NCBI GenBank assembly: GCA_010405405.1
Contig: MU004231.1
Coordinates: 4,142,884-4,206,883, forward strand
Length of the DNA stretch: 64,000 nucleotides
Direction of reading: 5' to 3'
DNA from: Microthyrium microscopicum
Taxonomy: Eukaryota
In this document: one piece after another, positions 36,701 through 49,993 of the stretch
Layout of the letters: each line of letters begins with the position of its first letter
How positions within the stretch are numbered: position 1 is the stretch's first letter
Notes under the pieces: generated by a model
Databases searched by the model: none
What the model saw: the letters and a program-made list of their open reading frames with translations, nothing else
What the model was told of the DNA's origin: nothing
Translations under genes and position numbers: made by a program

Positions 36701-37670
36701 TTAGCAATTCCAGCCACCGTCTATCGAATAACACGCACCCGTGATGAAGGAGCTTGCATCACTGACTAGAAATGCGATCAGGTTTGCGATTTCCTCTGGT
36801 TCTCCTTTTCGGTTTAATGCGGTATGTGATGTGCTGATTTCGCCCCTGGTTTCGAATGACTTTCGAAGCATTGGCGTATCCACGATTCCACTTATAGAGG
36901 TGTTAGAATTACAACAAACGCCAGAGTTACCCCGCATCGCACAAATCCAAAGGCCATATGTAGCTAATGAATGAAGAACTTACGGTGCGATTGCGTTCAC
37001 CCTAACGCCTCCAGATCCACATTCTCGAGCAGCAGCACGAGTGAGGCCAAGCACTCCATGCTTACTGGCGACGTAGGCCGCATCGCTTCCAACTCCGATT
37101 AAGCTTGAGATACTCGCTGCGTTGACGATGGAGCCTGTTTTGCCGTTCATGGCGTTCATTTCTGCTCGTAGGCAATGCAGTACACCTATCCCGAATCAAC
37201 TGTCAGCGCTGCAACATTTGGCTCACCAAGGCTTAGTGACGAACCTTTCAGATTCACGCTCATAACAAAATCAAAGTCATCTTCGTCGAAATCTTTCATC
37301 TACGCCAATCGTATCAGATACAATGTGCTATGTCCGGGGCTTGCGGATGAACACTCACAGTTCGATCCTCGTATTTCCCCACAACACCGGCGAGGTTTAC
37401 TGCTCCATCTAGAGCGCCTCCCCATTCGACCGTGGCAGCAATCCAAGCGTCGACAGATTCTCGTGATCGGACATCTACTGCTTTCGTGAATACGTTTGTC
37501 GTCCCAGCATTGGCTTGTTCAAGGTCTGCCTTTGCGGCATCGAGGCCAGCTTGCGAAACGTCTCCGATGGATACTTTGGCTCCTAGAGATACCAGTAGCT
37601 TGACAGTTGCGAGACCGATTCCAGATGCTCCACCTGTTACGGCTACTACTTTGTCCTGGAGATTGATCAT
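36701..37670 (-). CDS. Classical short-chain dehydrogenase/reductase; several introns
   Basis: [28 protein letters not shown] (YxxxK), [28 protein letters not shown]. Confidence 0.92.
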
Positions 37671-38472
37671 GATGGATGTAGTGTTTGGATTTTGATATTC
37701 TGCAGTTCAGCTATGGCGGCGGGAAGAATCGAAAACAGCTCACAAGCTAGACACGAAATTGAAATATCAAGCGCGAGCTGCAGCCTTGCGTTCAAAGTGG
37801 GAATATGCCAGTATTTCGTTATTTGCGGGTAAGGGTACCCATAATTCTCGAACATGGATTTTGTAGAGGGAGATGTGTATAGCGAATTGTGGCGCACTTT
37901 CGAAACTGCTTCGTACAACAAAGACGTTCTCCAACTTGTCAAATTTTTAGTATCATGGGCTAGTTACCCCATGGGGTTCGCTAGCTCGAATAAGCGAGAG
38001 AAGTGGAGACTTTATCTATACAAACATTGGTTCCTAACTTCCTTTGTAGTGTTTGGCTGGGATGCTTAGGATTTCTGCTCGGAAGTACAATGCCGTAGCT
38101 CAACGCCAGCCTTATGCTAAGCCTTATTGGTCTGGGGCAAGACACGACTCGACAAGAATTATCTGGGGAAAACGCCGTATCTTCCGAATAACAACAGATT
38201 TAATAGATATTTCAAAGGGACCGTTATGCCATATCATCACGAGGCGTATCTTGGATGCCATGGAGAGTCAAGACTCGCCGCTGGTCTTCCGGTAACTTGG
38301 ATATATACCCGACAGTTTGGATATACATCTAGGTGATCTGCATCTAGCCTTGCATCTTCAAGATATAGCCATTTCTGGAGTCATTTTATTCTTTGTACAG
38401 ATCTTGTGCCAATTCCAGTACTCCCCCATAGACTCTGACCCAAGCATACAGCTCACGCATTAGCTACGCACA

Positions 38473-40472
38473 ATGGTGGGCTCGATCAAGGAAGGAGCTG
38501 CGCATATGGAGCAAGTCGAGTTCCAAGACAACAAACCCAGCCACATGGAAAAAGCTGCAGCGCATTCTCACGCCGACTCGGACGATGATTTGCCTCAGAA
38601 GGTATCACTCAAGACTTGGTTCGTGGTACTTGTAAGTAGACTCTTAACCACGAGGACAAATCAGAACGACCGACTGATCTTACTTCAAGATTCTATCACT
38701 AGGCTATGGCCTGTCCTTCGTGCCCATACCTGTTATGGCTGCTGTAGGACCTGATATTTCCACAGACCTGGGCGACCCTACTGGATACGTCTGGTACGTC
38801 GCGTCTTGGATTACGGCCATCACTATCAGCTTCACAATCGTTGGCGCAAATGCCGATCTTCTAGGCCGTCGATGGTTTCTTGTTGGTGGGAATGTCATAT
38901 GCTTCGTAGGCCACATTGTTGTCGGTACGGCAAAGACTTCGAATGCGGTGACGGCTGGTTTGGCGGTTACTGGATTTGGCGCGGCCAATTGTCAGCTTGC
39001 TGCTTTTGCAATTGGCGAGTTGTTGCCGAATAAATGGAGGCATATCGGTGAGCATTGACCCTCTAACCTTCATCTGATTTCACTAATCAAGTTTTAAGGC
39101 GTTGTACTCGCTGATGCTGGGTTGTATTTCGTCATTGTGGTCATTCCGGTCACAGCTCGTTATGGGTAAGCCAGTATTCCTATGCCTTGTGCGAAGAATA
39201 TGAGTTGACTTTACCAGATATTTCGTTACAACCTGGAGAGCCAACTTCTATGCTGCAGCTGCTTGTCAAGCAATCTCCTTCTTGGGGTTGCTCTTATTCT
39301 ACTTTCCTCCCGCGCATCCTCTGGGTCTTCCTTACGCACAGGTCTTTAGAGAAATGGATTACATCGGCATGTTCCTATTCACCGCAGGAGCATTGCCTAT
39401 CCTCATGGGCATCGTGTGGGCAAGCGTTTTCCCGTCTACGGACGCTCACGTTATCGCACCCTTGGTTATCGGAGCTGTCGCGCTTGTCGCCTTTGCTCTC
39501 TACGAGACTTATGCCAAGATCAAGCATCCTATCACCCCAACATCAATCTTCACATCCTCCATGGGTCGCGATTTCTCTGCTCCTTGTCTAGCATTGGCCA
39601 TCCTTAACATGTTCTACTACTCTGCCAGCATCGTCTGGCCTACCATGATCAACTCGTGGTATACAACGGATTGGAGAACAGCTGCAGTCCTCTCTTTGCC
39701 GCAGAATGTTGCTGTCATGGGAGGAGGAATCCTACTTTCCGTCTTCGGCAGCAAGCTCAAACACTGGAATTGGCAACTAACAGCGGCAGTAACGCAGTTA
39801 GTCATTTTCGGCTCTTTGCTCGCCCTAGCCACACCGGACAACAAGAACCTCATGATCGCCTTTATGGTACTTGCTATGCTTGGTCTAGGTTATGGCAATT
39901 ATCTCTGCATTGCCATGTGCCAGATGGGTGTGCCACAAGAACAGCTGGGTACCAGCGGAGGTTTAGCTGGTACTGCCCGCTTTGGTGGCGGAGCGAGTAA
40001 GTTTCCTTTCCGTCCATTAAAGTCTGCTCATGCTGATATTGACACCTTTCAGTCGCCCAGGCAATCTACCTTGCCATCTTTACTTCTACGACAACTAAAG
40101 CGACCGCCGAACTCGTCCCTGCTGCGGCGATCAAGGCTGGTCTTGCGGCTGCAGATGTACCAGCCTTGATGAAAGTTTTAGGCACGCCGGCTTTCGCCAC
40201 GATGTACAATGCTGCTGTTGTTGCTGCTGTTGGTACTGCGCAGAAGGAGGTCATCCGGCGCGGTGTTCAGTAAGTCTTCCCTACTTCTTTGGCTATTAGT
40301 ATGTGAGATGATTTAACAGTAATCTAGACTTGTCGCGTACGTCTCTATCCCGTTCGGTATTGTGGGTATCATTGCATGCCTCTGCTGCAAGGATGTCAAC
40401 GATAGGATGAATGAGAAGATTGAGGTTTACCTTGAGAATACTGATGGCGCAACCCATAACAAGTTTCATTAA
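38473..40472 (+). CDS. MFS transporter, TRI12 (fungal trichothecene efflux pump)-like; about 6 exons
   Basis: GANADLLGRRWF, GELLPNKWRH, FYFPPAHP..MDYIG, RFGGGA and terminal MNEKIEVYLEN; many TM segments. Confidence 0.88.
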
Positions 40473-40710
40473 AAATGGTAATGGTGGATTGGGGATCAGC
40501 GATTGACAGTGGAATTTGGACTTGTTGTTCTCAGAACTGCCGCTGAAGCGACCAAAAATACAAAGATATTGGGCTCAATGCTGGTTAATGATAAGCAGAA
40601 ACGCCCTGTCTGGTCTTCACGGATGCGCCGACGAAATGGTCATAGAGTACTAATCGCCAATTTTGTCCTATTAATTCTTTACAATATCAGAAAGACATTT
40701 ACATCCAGTC

Positions 40711-41813
40711 TCAGTTCAAATTAGCCGCAGCATTCAAGTCATCGACATTAAGCAGCGCAACTCCTTCATCCAATAACAGCCTCCACACTGCGTCCCGAGT
40801 ACCAACAGGCCATAACGGCTGATCCCAATATCGAGCTCCAATGCCTCGACTCGAAGCAGCACTCAACTGCTTTCGTAGCGTAGCAAGCTGCGTGCCATTG
40901 AAGATCGGATATGCGCTTCCAAGCGGCCCATCATTTACCACTGGCCCAAACACAGCTGCAAAATCCGTACTGGCAATCGGTGAAATCAACGATGTGATAT
41001 TAGTGTTTTGCAGCGTTGCTAACGGCGCATCATAGAACGTGTATCGTGGACTTGCACTGCTTGCTGGATCTGTGGGCGAGAAGTATGAGAACGGGGTGTT
41101 TCCAGTGCCGATTACAGTGACTGTTCCTGGTTTCACGGTTTTGCCGTCGGTGGTGGTGAGCCAGCCGCCGTCTTTCAGGGGAGCGAGAGCAGAGAGGACA
41201 GAGGACCAAGTGGTGGGTCCATCAGTCTTGACGTCGATCCAGAGGTAGAGGGTTTGACCGGAGCTGGTGTCATAGACGCCGCTGAAATGAGCTTTTAGCA
41301 GTTGATATACATGAGGGTACCCAAAGCACGTACTTTTTGCTAGAAGATGAGCTAGTGAATGGTGTAGACGGGTTTTGGCGCTTCAGTGTGTCTAAGATGG
41401 GCTGGATATAGAGAGATGATAGAGTTCTGGCGGATGAAAGAGCGGCTAGTTCATGGCCCACCTTCTCGAGTCAGTTAATTGAGCCGTATTTCAAGGTCTA
41501 GAAAGGTACATATAATGTTCCGTTCACCAGCCAGACGTCAGCCTCAACTGAGACAGCTCCAACCGACAAGGCTGAATAGTAGGGAACATCTCTCCAGTAG
41601 TCGTTGTGCGAATGAATCGGTTTCTGGTTCATGATTAGTGATAACTTTTGTTTTATGGCCATAGAAACCGACTGGAGCAATATCTCTTGTGAAGTCTGAT
41701 GGGTATGAATTCTGATCTTTACCTGCACCAGAAAGTATTATTTGTAGTGCTGGGGAGAGAATATCTGCAAATATTGGAGCAATGAACAGAGCCCACGAGA
41801 GGATTGAAAGCAT
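40711..41813 (-). CDS. AIM6: Aim6-like PLC-like phosphodiesterase with signal peptide; 4 exons
   Basis: PIHSHNDYWRDVP, SVEADVWL, VGHE, TLYLWIDVKT, TVIGTGNTP, GARYWDQP, LLNVDDL. Confidence 0.85.
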
Positions 41814-42327
41814 CTTTACGTTTATTACTTATTATGTTTGCAAGTACACAAGAAGTTAAGGACATTGCTTCTTGTTTTCAAGAGATTATATGACTTGATG
41901 ATGGCATGCCTTAACTAAAGTTGAAGGATCCAATCAACGGATAGAAATTAAGCACATGGATGTATGCTTTGGTTATATCGATATGCGAAGGGTTTATACT
42001 TCACAACGGCCAAAGAACATTAATTATCAATCTTTTGCTTTTCTAATTATAATAGAATCATTGTTCGCTATTTTAGTTCGGAAGGAAAAACAACGCGTGT
42101 AAATCAACCACGGTTCAGTTGTTGTCTTCATGCAAGTCAGTTTAGATAGAGCAAAGGTACATCGTACGCAGGAAAAAGTCCACTAGAATACTGAGCAGTC
42201 AAATATTTCCTTGCTCGACGTTGTAGGTCGTCTTTATTGAACGATGCATACCTGCCACGACACATAGACTGGAGATTTGAGTCATTCACTGAAACCTTAA
42301 GTTCTTATTTGTTGAGTTACAGAATAT

Positions 42328-43727
42328 CTATCCAGTGAACTCTACAGCTCTCTTATTTGGACCATTCTCATTACCATATGACGCTGGTGGTGGCTTATTT
42401 CCCTTCATGGCCGAACCTGGGGTTTCTGTGTATCCAGGGCTGTTCACTGGCTGAGCATATCCAACATAAGGATGGCCTGGAGATGTTGGGTTGATTTCAG
42501 TGCACTTGACAGTGGATGGATCAGCTCCATCTTCCCAGAAGCAGCCACCAAGACCGGTCTTTCCGTCTCTGATGTCGTTGGCGACACTCTTCAAGAGTTG
42601 TTTGCCATGCTCAATTCTTGCTACTGAGTATGCCTTGCCCTCTTCACCTGTCATCTCACCAGTCTCCTTGACGACTGGGACGGGTCCCTCTGGTGGGTTT
42701 CGCTCGCCTTTGTAGACCGCTGGGCCGGGGGTGATCTAGAGATAGATATTAGTGCTGCTTAAAACTAACAATCCCTTGTCACCTCGGAAGACTTACATAT
42801 CGCTTTGGTCCGTAGTGGATGTTGACGAGAATACCTGGGTCGCGCCAGTTGTAAGCACCTGGAAACTTGACACCAGGTGGTGTTGCGGTTCCAGATCCAG
42901 TGACTTGAACCTCTAAAGCGCAAAATCGAGTCAGTATAGACTCATGGTCAAGACTCTGTAGCTATTGGGACTTACTGATGCAGGTTGGGTAGAGCTGAGC
43001 ACCGCTCGTCTTCTTCTCCTTGTTCTCTCTCCACGAAAAGTGCAAACCAATGAGTTCTGTGCGTACCGCATACATGCCGGGCTTAATATCGCTAGGGATA
43101 GTCACTGTTCGAGTGCTATTGTTATTGATGATATCGTCTGTGCCCCAGAGATCTTTCTCCTTGTCATATCCAACTGACGTCGTTAGTTTATGGATGTCAT
43201 TGATATCAATTCAAAAGACTTACGCTCGTCAATCTTGAAGAAGTTGACATCGTTGACGGTTGTCTTCTCGTCAGGTATTAAACCCATGTACTAATAACCA
43301 ATCAGTATGCCTCTTACATTCGCACCACAAATACAGTAACTTACTGTGAGGACTGGGCCTCTGTGATTGCCGAACCATGGTGTCCATTCAAAGGTAATTT
43401 TCGATCCAGCACGAGCAACAGCGTTGATCTTGGGTTCAACTAAGGGACCAAATCTGCAAGCAATGTCCTTTGAAGCGACTTGCTCTACTGGGCCAGTTCC
43501 TTCGGCGTTGGTCTTAGGATAACCCCAAGTGATACGCTTGATGCCTGGGTAGTCATTGTCTAGACGTGGATCGTACATGGGATAGCTATAGCAAAGTAAG
43601 AAAGAGCACAACAAAACCCGCTTTTTTTGAGTTCGACGTACTAGGTTCCATCAACAACTGCACCATCGAGAATGCCATGTGCGGCGGCGAGACCCGCTGA
43701 ACCGGCTAAGACGAGAAAGCTACGCAT
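42328..43727 (-). CDS. AA9 lytic polysaccharide monooxygenase with C-terminal extension; 6 exons
   Basis: Signal peptide then mature His1 (AAA|HG), DIAC, HRGPVLTY, FFKID, TIPSDIKPGMYAVRTELIGLH, GAQLYPTC, FPGAY..DPGI, PGPAVY. Confidence 0.93.
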
Positions 43728-45324
43728 GTTTGCTTCTACTGAAAATTACTAAAGGAGTGTGGTTGTGCTGTTGTGAAGTTGATGGACTAAAGTGTAGAGA
43801 GCCGCTAAGTAATATAGATCTGTATGTTGTCTCTTTAGCACACCGAGGTGTTCATGCCCAGCTAAATTAAAACAATAAGCTTTGCGCAAGGACGATCTCC
43901 GATCCCATCTACGCGATCTAAAGCAATTTAATACAGTACTATTATTCGACAATCGGCATGTCGGTCTTGAATTTCTGTCACTATAAGCAGGTCTCGTTAG
44001 ACTGCCCACATCATGATGAAATCTCCTACTGGCCAAAAGATTAGCAGAAGACTAGGAATATCTTCTTGTCACTATATGCCCTACGATCGATGTGGGACAT
44101 GGGTAAGTATAAATTAAATCTTCACACACAATACGTCTTGCGTGACCCAGATCTATTAAATGATCTTTGACAGCTCGCTAAGCTGATGACTTAAATGAAG
44201 GATGCTCTTTACGCATACCTATCCGGTTATCCCAATTTTGTGAGTTGGGACGTTGATGCAAGGCTGAAAGCTGTCAACCAATCAAAGTTACTAGTCCTTC
44301 GACATCTACTTTCTATTGGCCGCTGAGAAGACTGCGAGGCTGACCAGGCCAGAAATAAGTATTCAGCCAATTTATACTCCAATTGGCATCCACGTTACGG
44401 AGATGTGGCGAAAAGCCTATCAAATAGCCGGGTTATGAACTGCAGAATAAACCACGGAATGTTATACAATATCTGTTTACACGCCATATCAAGCCTTTGT
44501 TAATTCACTGCGCAGAAAGTCAAAGTCAAGTTTGAAATACAAGACCTCAGCCGATTGTGTTTGGTTTCTTACCTGTTTTGTTGAGGGACTTTTTGAATGG
44601 CAACAAATCACCCAACAACACCAAAAGATTTTGGATAACATCTCAAGCTAGACCTTGGACATTTGTAGCTCCAAAATCATCAGCGTGATGCGCACATTCG
44701 CGCTATTACCTTGAAATTCACAAAGTCTTTCTCGGTTTCATATCCCTCTCTCTTCTTACCTTACTTCTTTGAGTCAGTCAGGTAATGCTAATTTCCAACC
44801 AAATTTGCAACCTAGAGTATGCTGAACACTCGAAATTGCAAAGTTTTGCGCAAAGGTGTCCAAGGACGGAATTATTATTGAGGGAAACTGACTGGTTACT
44901 TAGCTCTTTGAAGTTCCTTTAGAATTTAAAGCTATCGTGCAGTCAGAAACCAAAGCGATCAAACGGTTGAAATTCCTGCTGTCTGGCGTCTTGAATGAAG
45001 ATATAGGGTACTGTTCTCAGCTACTATCATTACAGATGTTAGACAATTTCACAGGAAGAGATATCACGGCCCCTAGGTTTCGGAGATATCTACAGCTACT
45101 CGGCTGCTAGCAAGACGGCGCACGATGGCTACTCAGACTTTCGTTGGCTGTGCCGTGGCCCGATGGGCTTGATCTATTGACGAGAAGAAGCACCTGCGAA
45201 CAAGTACCCCTTACGCTAGGCCATATTAGGCTCTAAACAACCACCCTGTTGACAACCTCCCTGTTGGTGGCGCATCTTGTTTTTGTGCAAGGCTGAAAAA
45301 AAGGTATCGCCATCTTGTTTTCTA

Positions 45325-47129
45325 ACGTAGTGGACAGGGTTTCCAACAGACCCCCTTTCCGACACCCCACATTAGATAATTGTAGATTTACTTAAACTAC
45401 CACAACAATGTAATTAAATGTTGTTTTGCTTTAAAATTTAAATAGTAAATTAAGAAGACCTTAAAAATTGCGTTTCTGCCTTTTTAAATAGTAAATATAC
45501 CTTAGAAGTCAAAGCAGCAAAGGCTTTTAGGGTTCCTAGATCTACCTTAAAGGGACGATTAAAAGGCGCTAAAAATCACAAATCTAGCTATTCCTCTTAT
45601 TAAAAATTATTAATTACAGAAAAGCATAAAGTTGTCCTTTAGTATAAGAATAAGGAATTAGCTAGTTATCTTCCTACCTACGTAAGGATTAAAAACTTTG
45701 CTTAAGAAATTTTATAATAGTAAATTCTAAAGGCCTTTTTAGGCGCAAATTAGCATAAATCGTTTAAAAGACGAAATCTAGATATCGTTTCTATTATAGT
45801 AAGACGTATTAATAAATAGCAAGTTAATAGAACTAATTTCAAAGCTATTATAGACTTCTTTTAATAATTTAAAAGTACTATTTCTTCTCTTAAGGTTAAA
45901 CTAGCTAATATACATAATATAGACGAGATAGGAATATGTCTAAGCATTACTAGTAAAGAAGTAGTTATTATATCTCAATAGATAGTAGAAATAACGAAAT
46001 CTAAAGACTTATTCGTCTTAAAAAATAGTAGTAGAGAGAATACTTTAATTCTTAAAACTATGTTAGCTACTAGTTAAACTATACTATTTTTAGCTATTTA
46101 TAAAGGCTAAAATATTCAAAATTCTTAGTTCCTTCTTAGATTACGTAAAGAACTTAAATTTAAAGGCTTTTTCTTTGCTATAATAACTAATAGCTAGACG
46201 TTAAATTAGTTAGGCGAACAATAGCTTAAAATGACCTTTTTACCCTTTATAAAACTATTAGATCCTTTAGAATAGAGGATTTTAATCTGTAATAACTATA
46301 GATTATATACTACTTTAGAATTTCGTTATCTTTACTTTAAAAATAAGATCTAAATCGTCTATTTACCTCTATATTTATTATATTAAACTTAGCCTTTAGA
46401 TATTAGTATTTTTAGACTATTAAAACGACATTTTATAGCCATACTTAATAAATCTTCTCTTAAGTCTTTATCTACTCCTGTTTAGAAGAGAATCTTTATA
46501 TAAATATATATAATTGCTTATTAAAAAGCTTTCTATAAAGCGAATGGCGTTTCTGCTTTTAAAGTAACTAGAATTTAGCCTATAAATTAATATAAAGTAC
46601 TTTAGTATATTCTACTAACTCCTAAAAATCCTTAATAGTTAATTTCTATGCAATCTATATCTATTTCTCCTTCTTTACCTTCTTTGCCCTTTATTAAAAG
46701 GCTTTAGTTTATGCTAAGAATAAAGAGATTAATTATGCGCGGTATTTTAAAAGAAATAAGCTAAATCTCTTTTTATAATTTGGCCTTATAATAATATATA
46801 GTTATGCTTCAAAATTAAGTAACTATGCTTATAGTACCTAAAGAATTAGACATAAGGAAGAAGAGGAATTATAATGAAGAATTAAAGAATACAAATTTAA
46901 TTATATTAGAATATGCTTCAAACAAGCTTATATAAGCTTCTGAAGCTATTTTAAAGGCTTAGAAACTAATTAAAAAGAAGAAATATAGCGTAAAGATCAA
47001 GCTTAATTTATCTATTTAATTTATTTAATTATCTTGTGTTTTAGCTAAGATATCTTATAGTAAAGATCTAGTAATTATCTATTTTGGGGTGTCGGAAAGG
47101 GGGTCTGTCGGAAACCCTGTCCACTACGT
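45325..47129 (+). mobile_element. Fot1/pogo-type (Tc1/mariner superfamily) DNA transposon, 1805 bp, inactivated by RIP
   Basis: 45-bp TIRs starting ACGT (45325-45369 and 47085-47129, one mismatch); TA on both flanks; very AT-rich interior. Confidence 0.97.
45418..47020 (+). pseudogene. RIP-destroyed DDE_1 transposase (ends approximate)
   Basis: Relic motifs AAKAFRVPRSTL (HTH), IHNIDEIG (from N-M-DETG), ILICNNYRLY (from DGHGSH) and LPLYLLY*T*PLDI (from LPPHSSH.TQPLD); many TAA/TAG stops. Confidence 0.9.
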
Positions 47130-47486
47130 TATTCGCCAAGACAATTTTAACCTTCAGATTTAGACCGCTTCTAGTAAGTTCTGGAGCGCGACACGCCTCT
47201 GTGGCGCTTTTCCCAGGTGCGGTCACCGGTGATCCAGATTAGCACCGTCAAATTGGGAAGATGTTAAAACAAATTCTAGACTGAGAGTTGTCTCTGAAAG
47301 TCGTCATTTCAGCACTCATCAGCTCTTTTCTCTCTTCAAAACTTTGATAAATGCGTTTTTTATTCCGTAGTTTCTCGTGTCCCTCCATGACTTTGTAATT
47401 ATAGTCTTGTCCTTCCTTTGACTTTTCTGTGTATTTGGCCAATTCTTCATTCTTTCAAATTTGCCCCATACGGACTTACCGACAAC

Positions 47487-49993
47487 ATGAGAATCCACGC
47501 CCTCGCCGGGATATCACTATCATTATGGACAGTATCTAATGCCTAGTACGTATGCCCAAACACTTGCACTGCACAACTATCGGCTGCAAACGAAGCAAAT
47601 GATGCATGTACTGGTAGCACAAATACCAACCAATGCTACCAATCTTGGCAGAATGATTGTGAAAACATCATCAGTGCCGGTATCCTCGCAAAGACAGCAG
47701 CAGAGGCATCGCTTACAAAATGCATGGTTTTTTGTGCTGGATATGCTGCTGCAGACTTTGGTTCAACTACCGCTACATCGTGTCGGTGTCGTCCATCTTT
47801 CACAGCCACATCTCTCAAAAGCGGCGCCAAAGTTGCATATGCTTGCGCTTCAGATGGTATCTCATCGTCTTCTCTCCCAAGCTCAAGCACCTCAGCATCT
47901 TCATCGCAGAACTCAGCAGTCACTGCCAGTAGTACTGTAGCTTCTACATTATCAGCCGATTCATCATCTTCAATCGTTGCTTCATCTACCGATTCATCGT
48001 CTTCTGTCACTGCATCATCGGGCTCCTCGTTAACCTCATCTCGCAGTCTAGTATCATCGAGCTTCCCAGTTAGTGTTGACGGTGGCTGCGGAGTCGAAGC
48101 GGAAGAAACCTGCGTCGGGAGTATATTTGGTAACTGCTGTTCCGACTACGGTTTTTGGTAAGTTCAGTTTCAAACCACATCAGGTACAGCACACTAACAA
48201 GAGTTAGTGGAGACGGTGATGTTTATTGCGGCGCTGGTTGCCAACCAGGATATGGAAACTGCGATGGTATCGTATCTTCATCCTCTGCTGCCGCTTCGTC
48301 AACATCCTCGTCGCCTTCGTCCGCTTCGTCCACTTCGGTTAGCTTGACGCCGTCCTCCAGTTCTTCCAGTCCTTCCAGCTCCATCGATGTTACTAGCTCC
48401 TCCGCTTCTAGTTCTTCCAGCTCTAGCGACGTTGCCGGATCCTCCAGTGTTCCAAGCTCTCCCAGTTCGTCTAGTCTTCCCAGTTCTTCCAGTTCGACCA
48501 GTTCGACCAGCTCAGCAGTCGACTCATCCACTGTATCATCGACCACTGTATCTGCCGCCGCCCCAAGCGCTTCCTGTGGAGGAAATGTCCCGATCACAAT
48601 CAACTGCCCTGGTGGCCAAGGCTTCACAGACTACGGAACATACAAGAGATGCAACGGATATGCTTATTACCTGTTCGGAACCGGTCTCACTGGACAACAG
48701 ATCGACCCCGGCACGTCAACTTGTGTTGCAGCTTGTCAAAGCCAGGGAGGAGTTGTGGCAACAACAGCTAGTAATGGGTATTGTTTCTGCTTTAATATTG
48801 ATGTCTGTGCTCACGGAAGCACTGAAATTGACATTCCAGCGTCAGGAGCAAGTGGTGGCTACAACTATGAATGGATCGACCCGATGGCTCCAGCTTGCTG
48901 TCCAGTATCAAGCTCATCGAGTTCTCCGGTTTCTACGACTGTGACGTCCTCTGATGTTCCAAGCACAATGTCATCGACTGTTTCCACTAGCAGTGCACCG
49001 TCGTCTGATAGTTCCAGCAGTACCGTCTCATCCGATGTCTCTAGCACCGCCGCTTCGTCGACTATCTCTAGCACTGCGATTGCATCCAGCTCCATTAGCT
49101 CCACAGATGCTTCGCCTACCAGCTCCGGCTCCAGCACTGAATCATCATCGTCGTCAGTCGCAACCTCGACATCCTCGGTAATATCATCAAGCTCGTCTTC
49201 CAGTGTTGCTAGTTCATCAAGCAGCGGTTCACTCTCCAGCTCGGTGACATCCTCATCCACTGCAACTTCATCACCTAGTAGCTCGTCATCATCAAGTGCC
49301 GCTCCCACAATATCCAGCACTTGTGGTCTCGTCGGTTACGACTTGAACAATCCAGTTTCATACGACTATTCAAGCAAGACTGCTGATACTAGTCTGGCAG
49401 GCTGCTTGGCTTTTTGTAAGAAGTCGTCTACGTGCAAAGCTTTCGCAGTATCAGCTGGTAAAGAGTGCTATTTGTACACCAGCGTTGTTAACGGTAACGT
49501 CAAGAGCAATCCATCATCGCCATACATGTTCTTCGACGTCACCTGTCTAAACCCCGTCCCGTCAATCACTAGCAGCCAGGCCTCATCGACAAGCAAGACT
49601 TCCTCAAAGTCCAGCTCAACCAACTCGGTATCGAAAACGACTTCTTCTACTCTTGCGACTAGTAGCCAAAAGTCGTCCTCTGTGACTTCATCAAGCTCGA
49701 CTCTACACACATCTACACGTACATCATCAACCTCAAGCGCTCCTGCTCCATCTGTGTCACATATTTGTGGGACAAGTGGATACGATTCGCAGAAACCTGC
49801 CGCCTATCTGACTTCCACCAAAGCTGCAAACTACAGTCTGGCGGGCTGTACAGCCTTCTGCAAAGCAAACTCGGGTTGCCTGTCCTTTGCTGTTGGATCT
49901 AATACGTGTCTCTTGTACAAGGCTGCAGTAACTGGAAACTTGAACGCCAACACAGCCTCTCCATACAAATTCTACGATAGCTCCTGCTTCTAG
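47487..49993 (+). pseudogene. Secreted Ser/Thr-rich protein (about 818 codons): Cys-rich N-domain, CBM18/hevein chitin-binding domain, Cys-rich middle domain and two PAN/Apple-like domains; in-frame TAG at codon 20 (pseudogene unless spliced out)
   Basis: Signal peptide MRIHALAGISLSLWTVSNA; TAG at 47544-47546; frame otherwise open to intron 48158-48207; CG..TCVGSIFGNCCSDYGFCGDGDVYCGAGCQPGYGNC; two CG..GYD..SLAGC..FCK...C..FAV...C.LY..SPY.F.D..C repeats. Confidence 0.65.

Noticed and set aside
48223..49710. Acidic antisense ORFs (ELEELE-type), and similar shadow ORFs across the window
   Set aside because: Antisense by-products of Ser-rich or GC-biased sense genes
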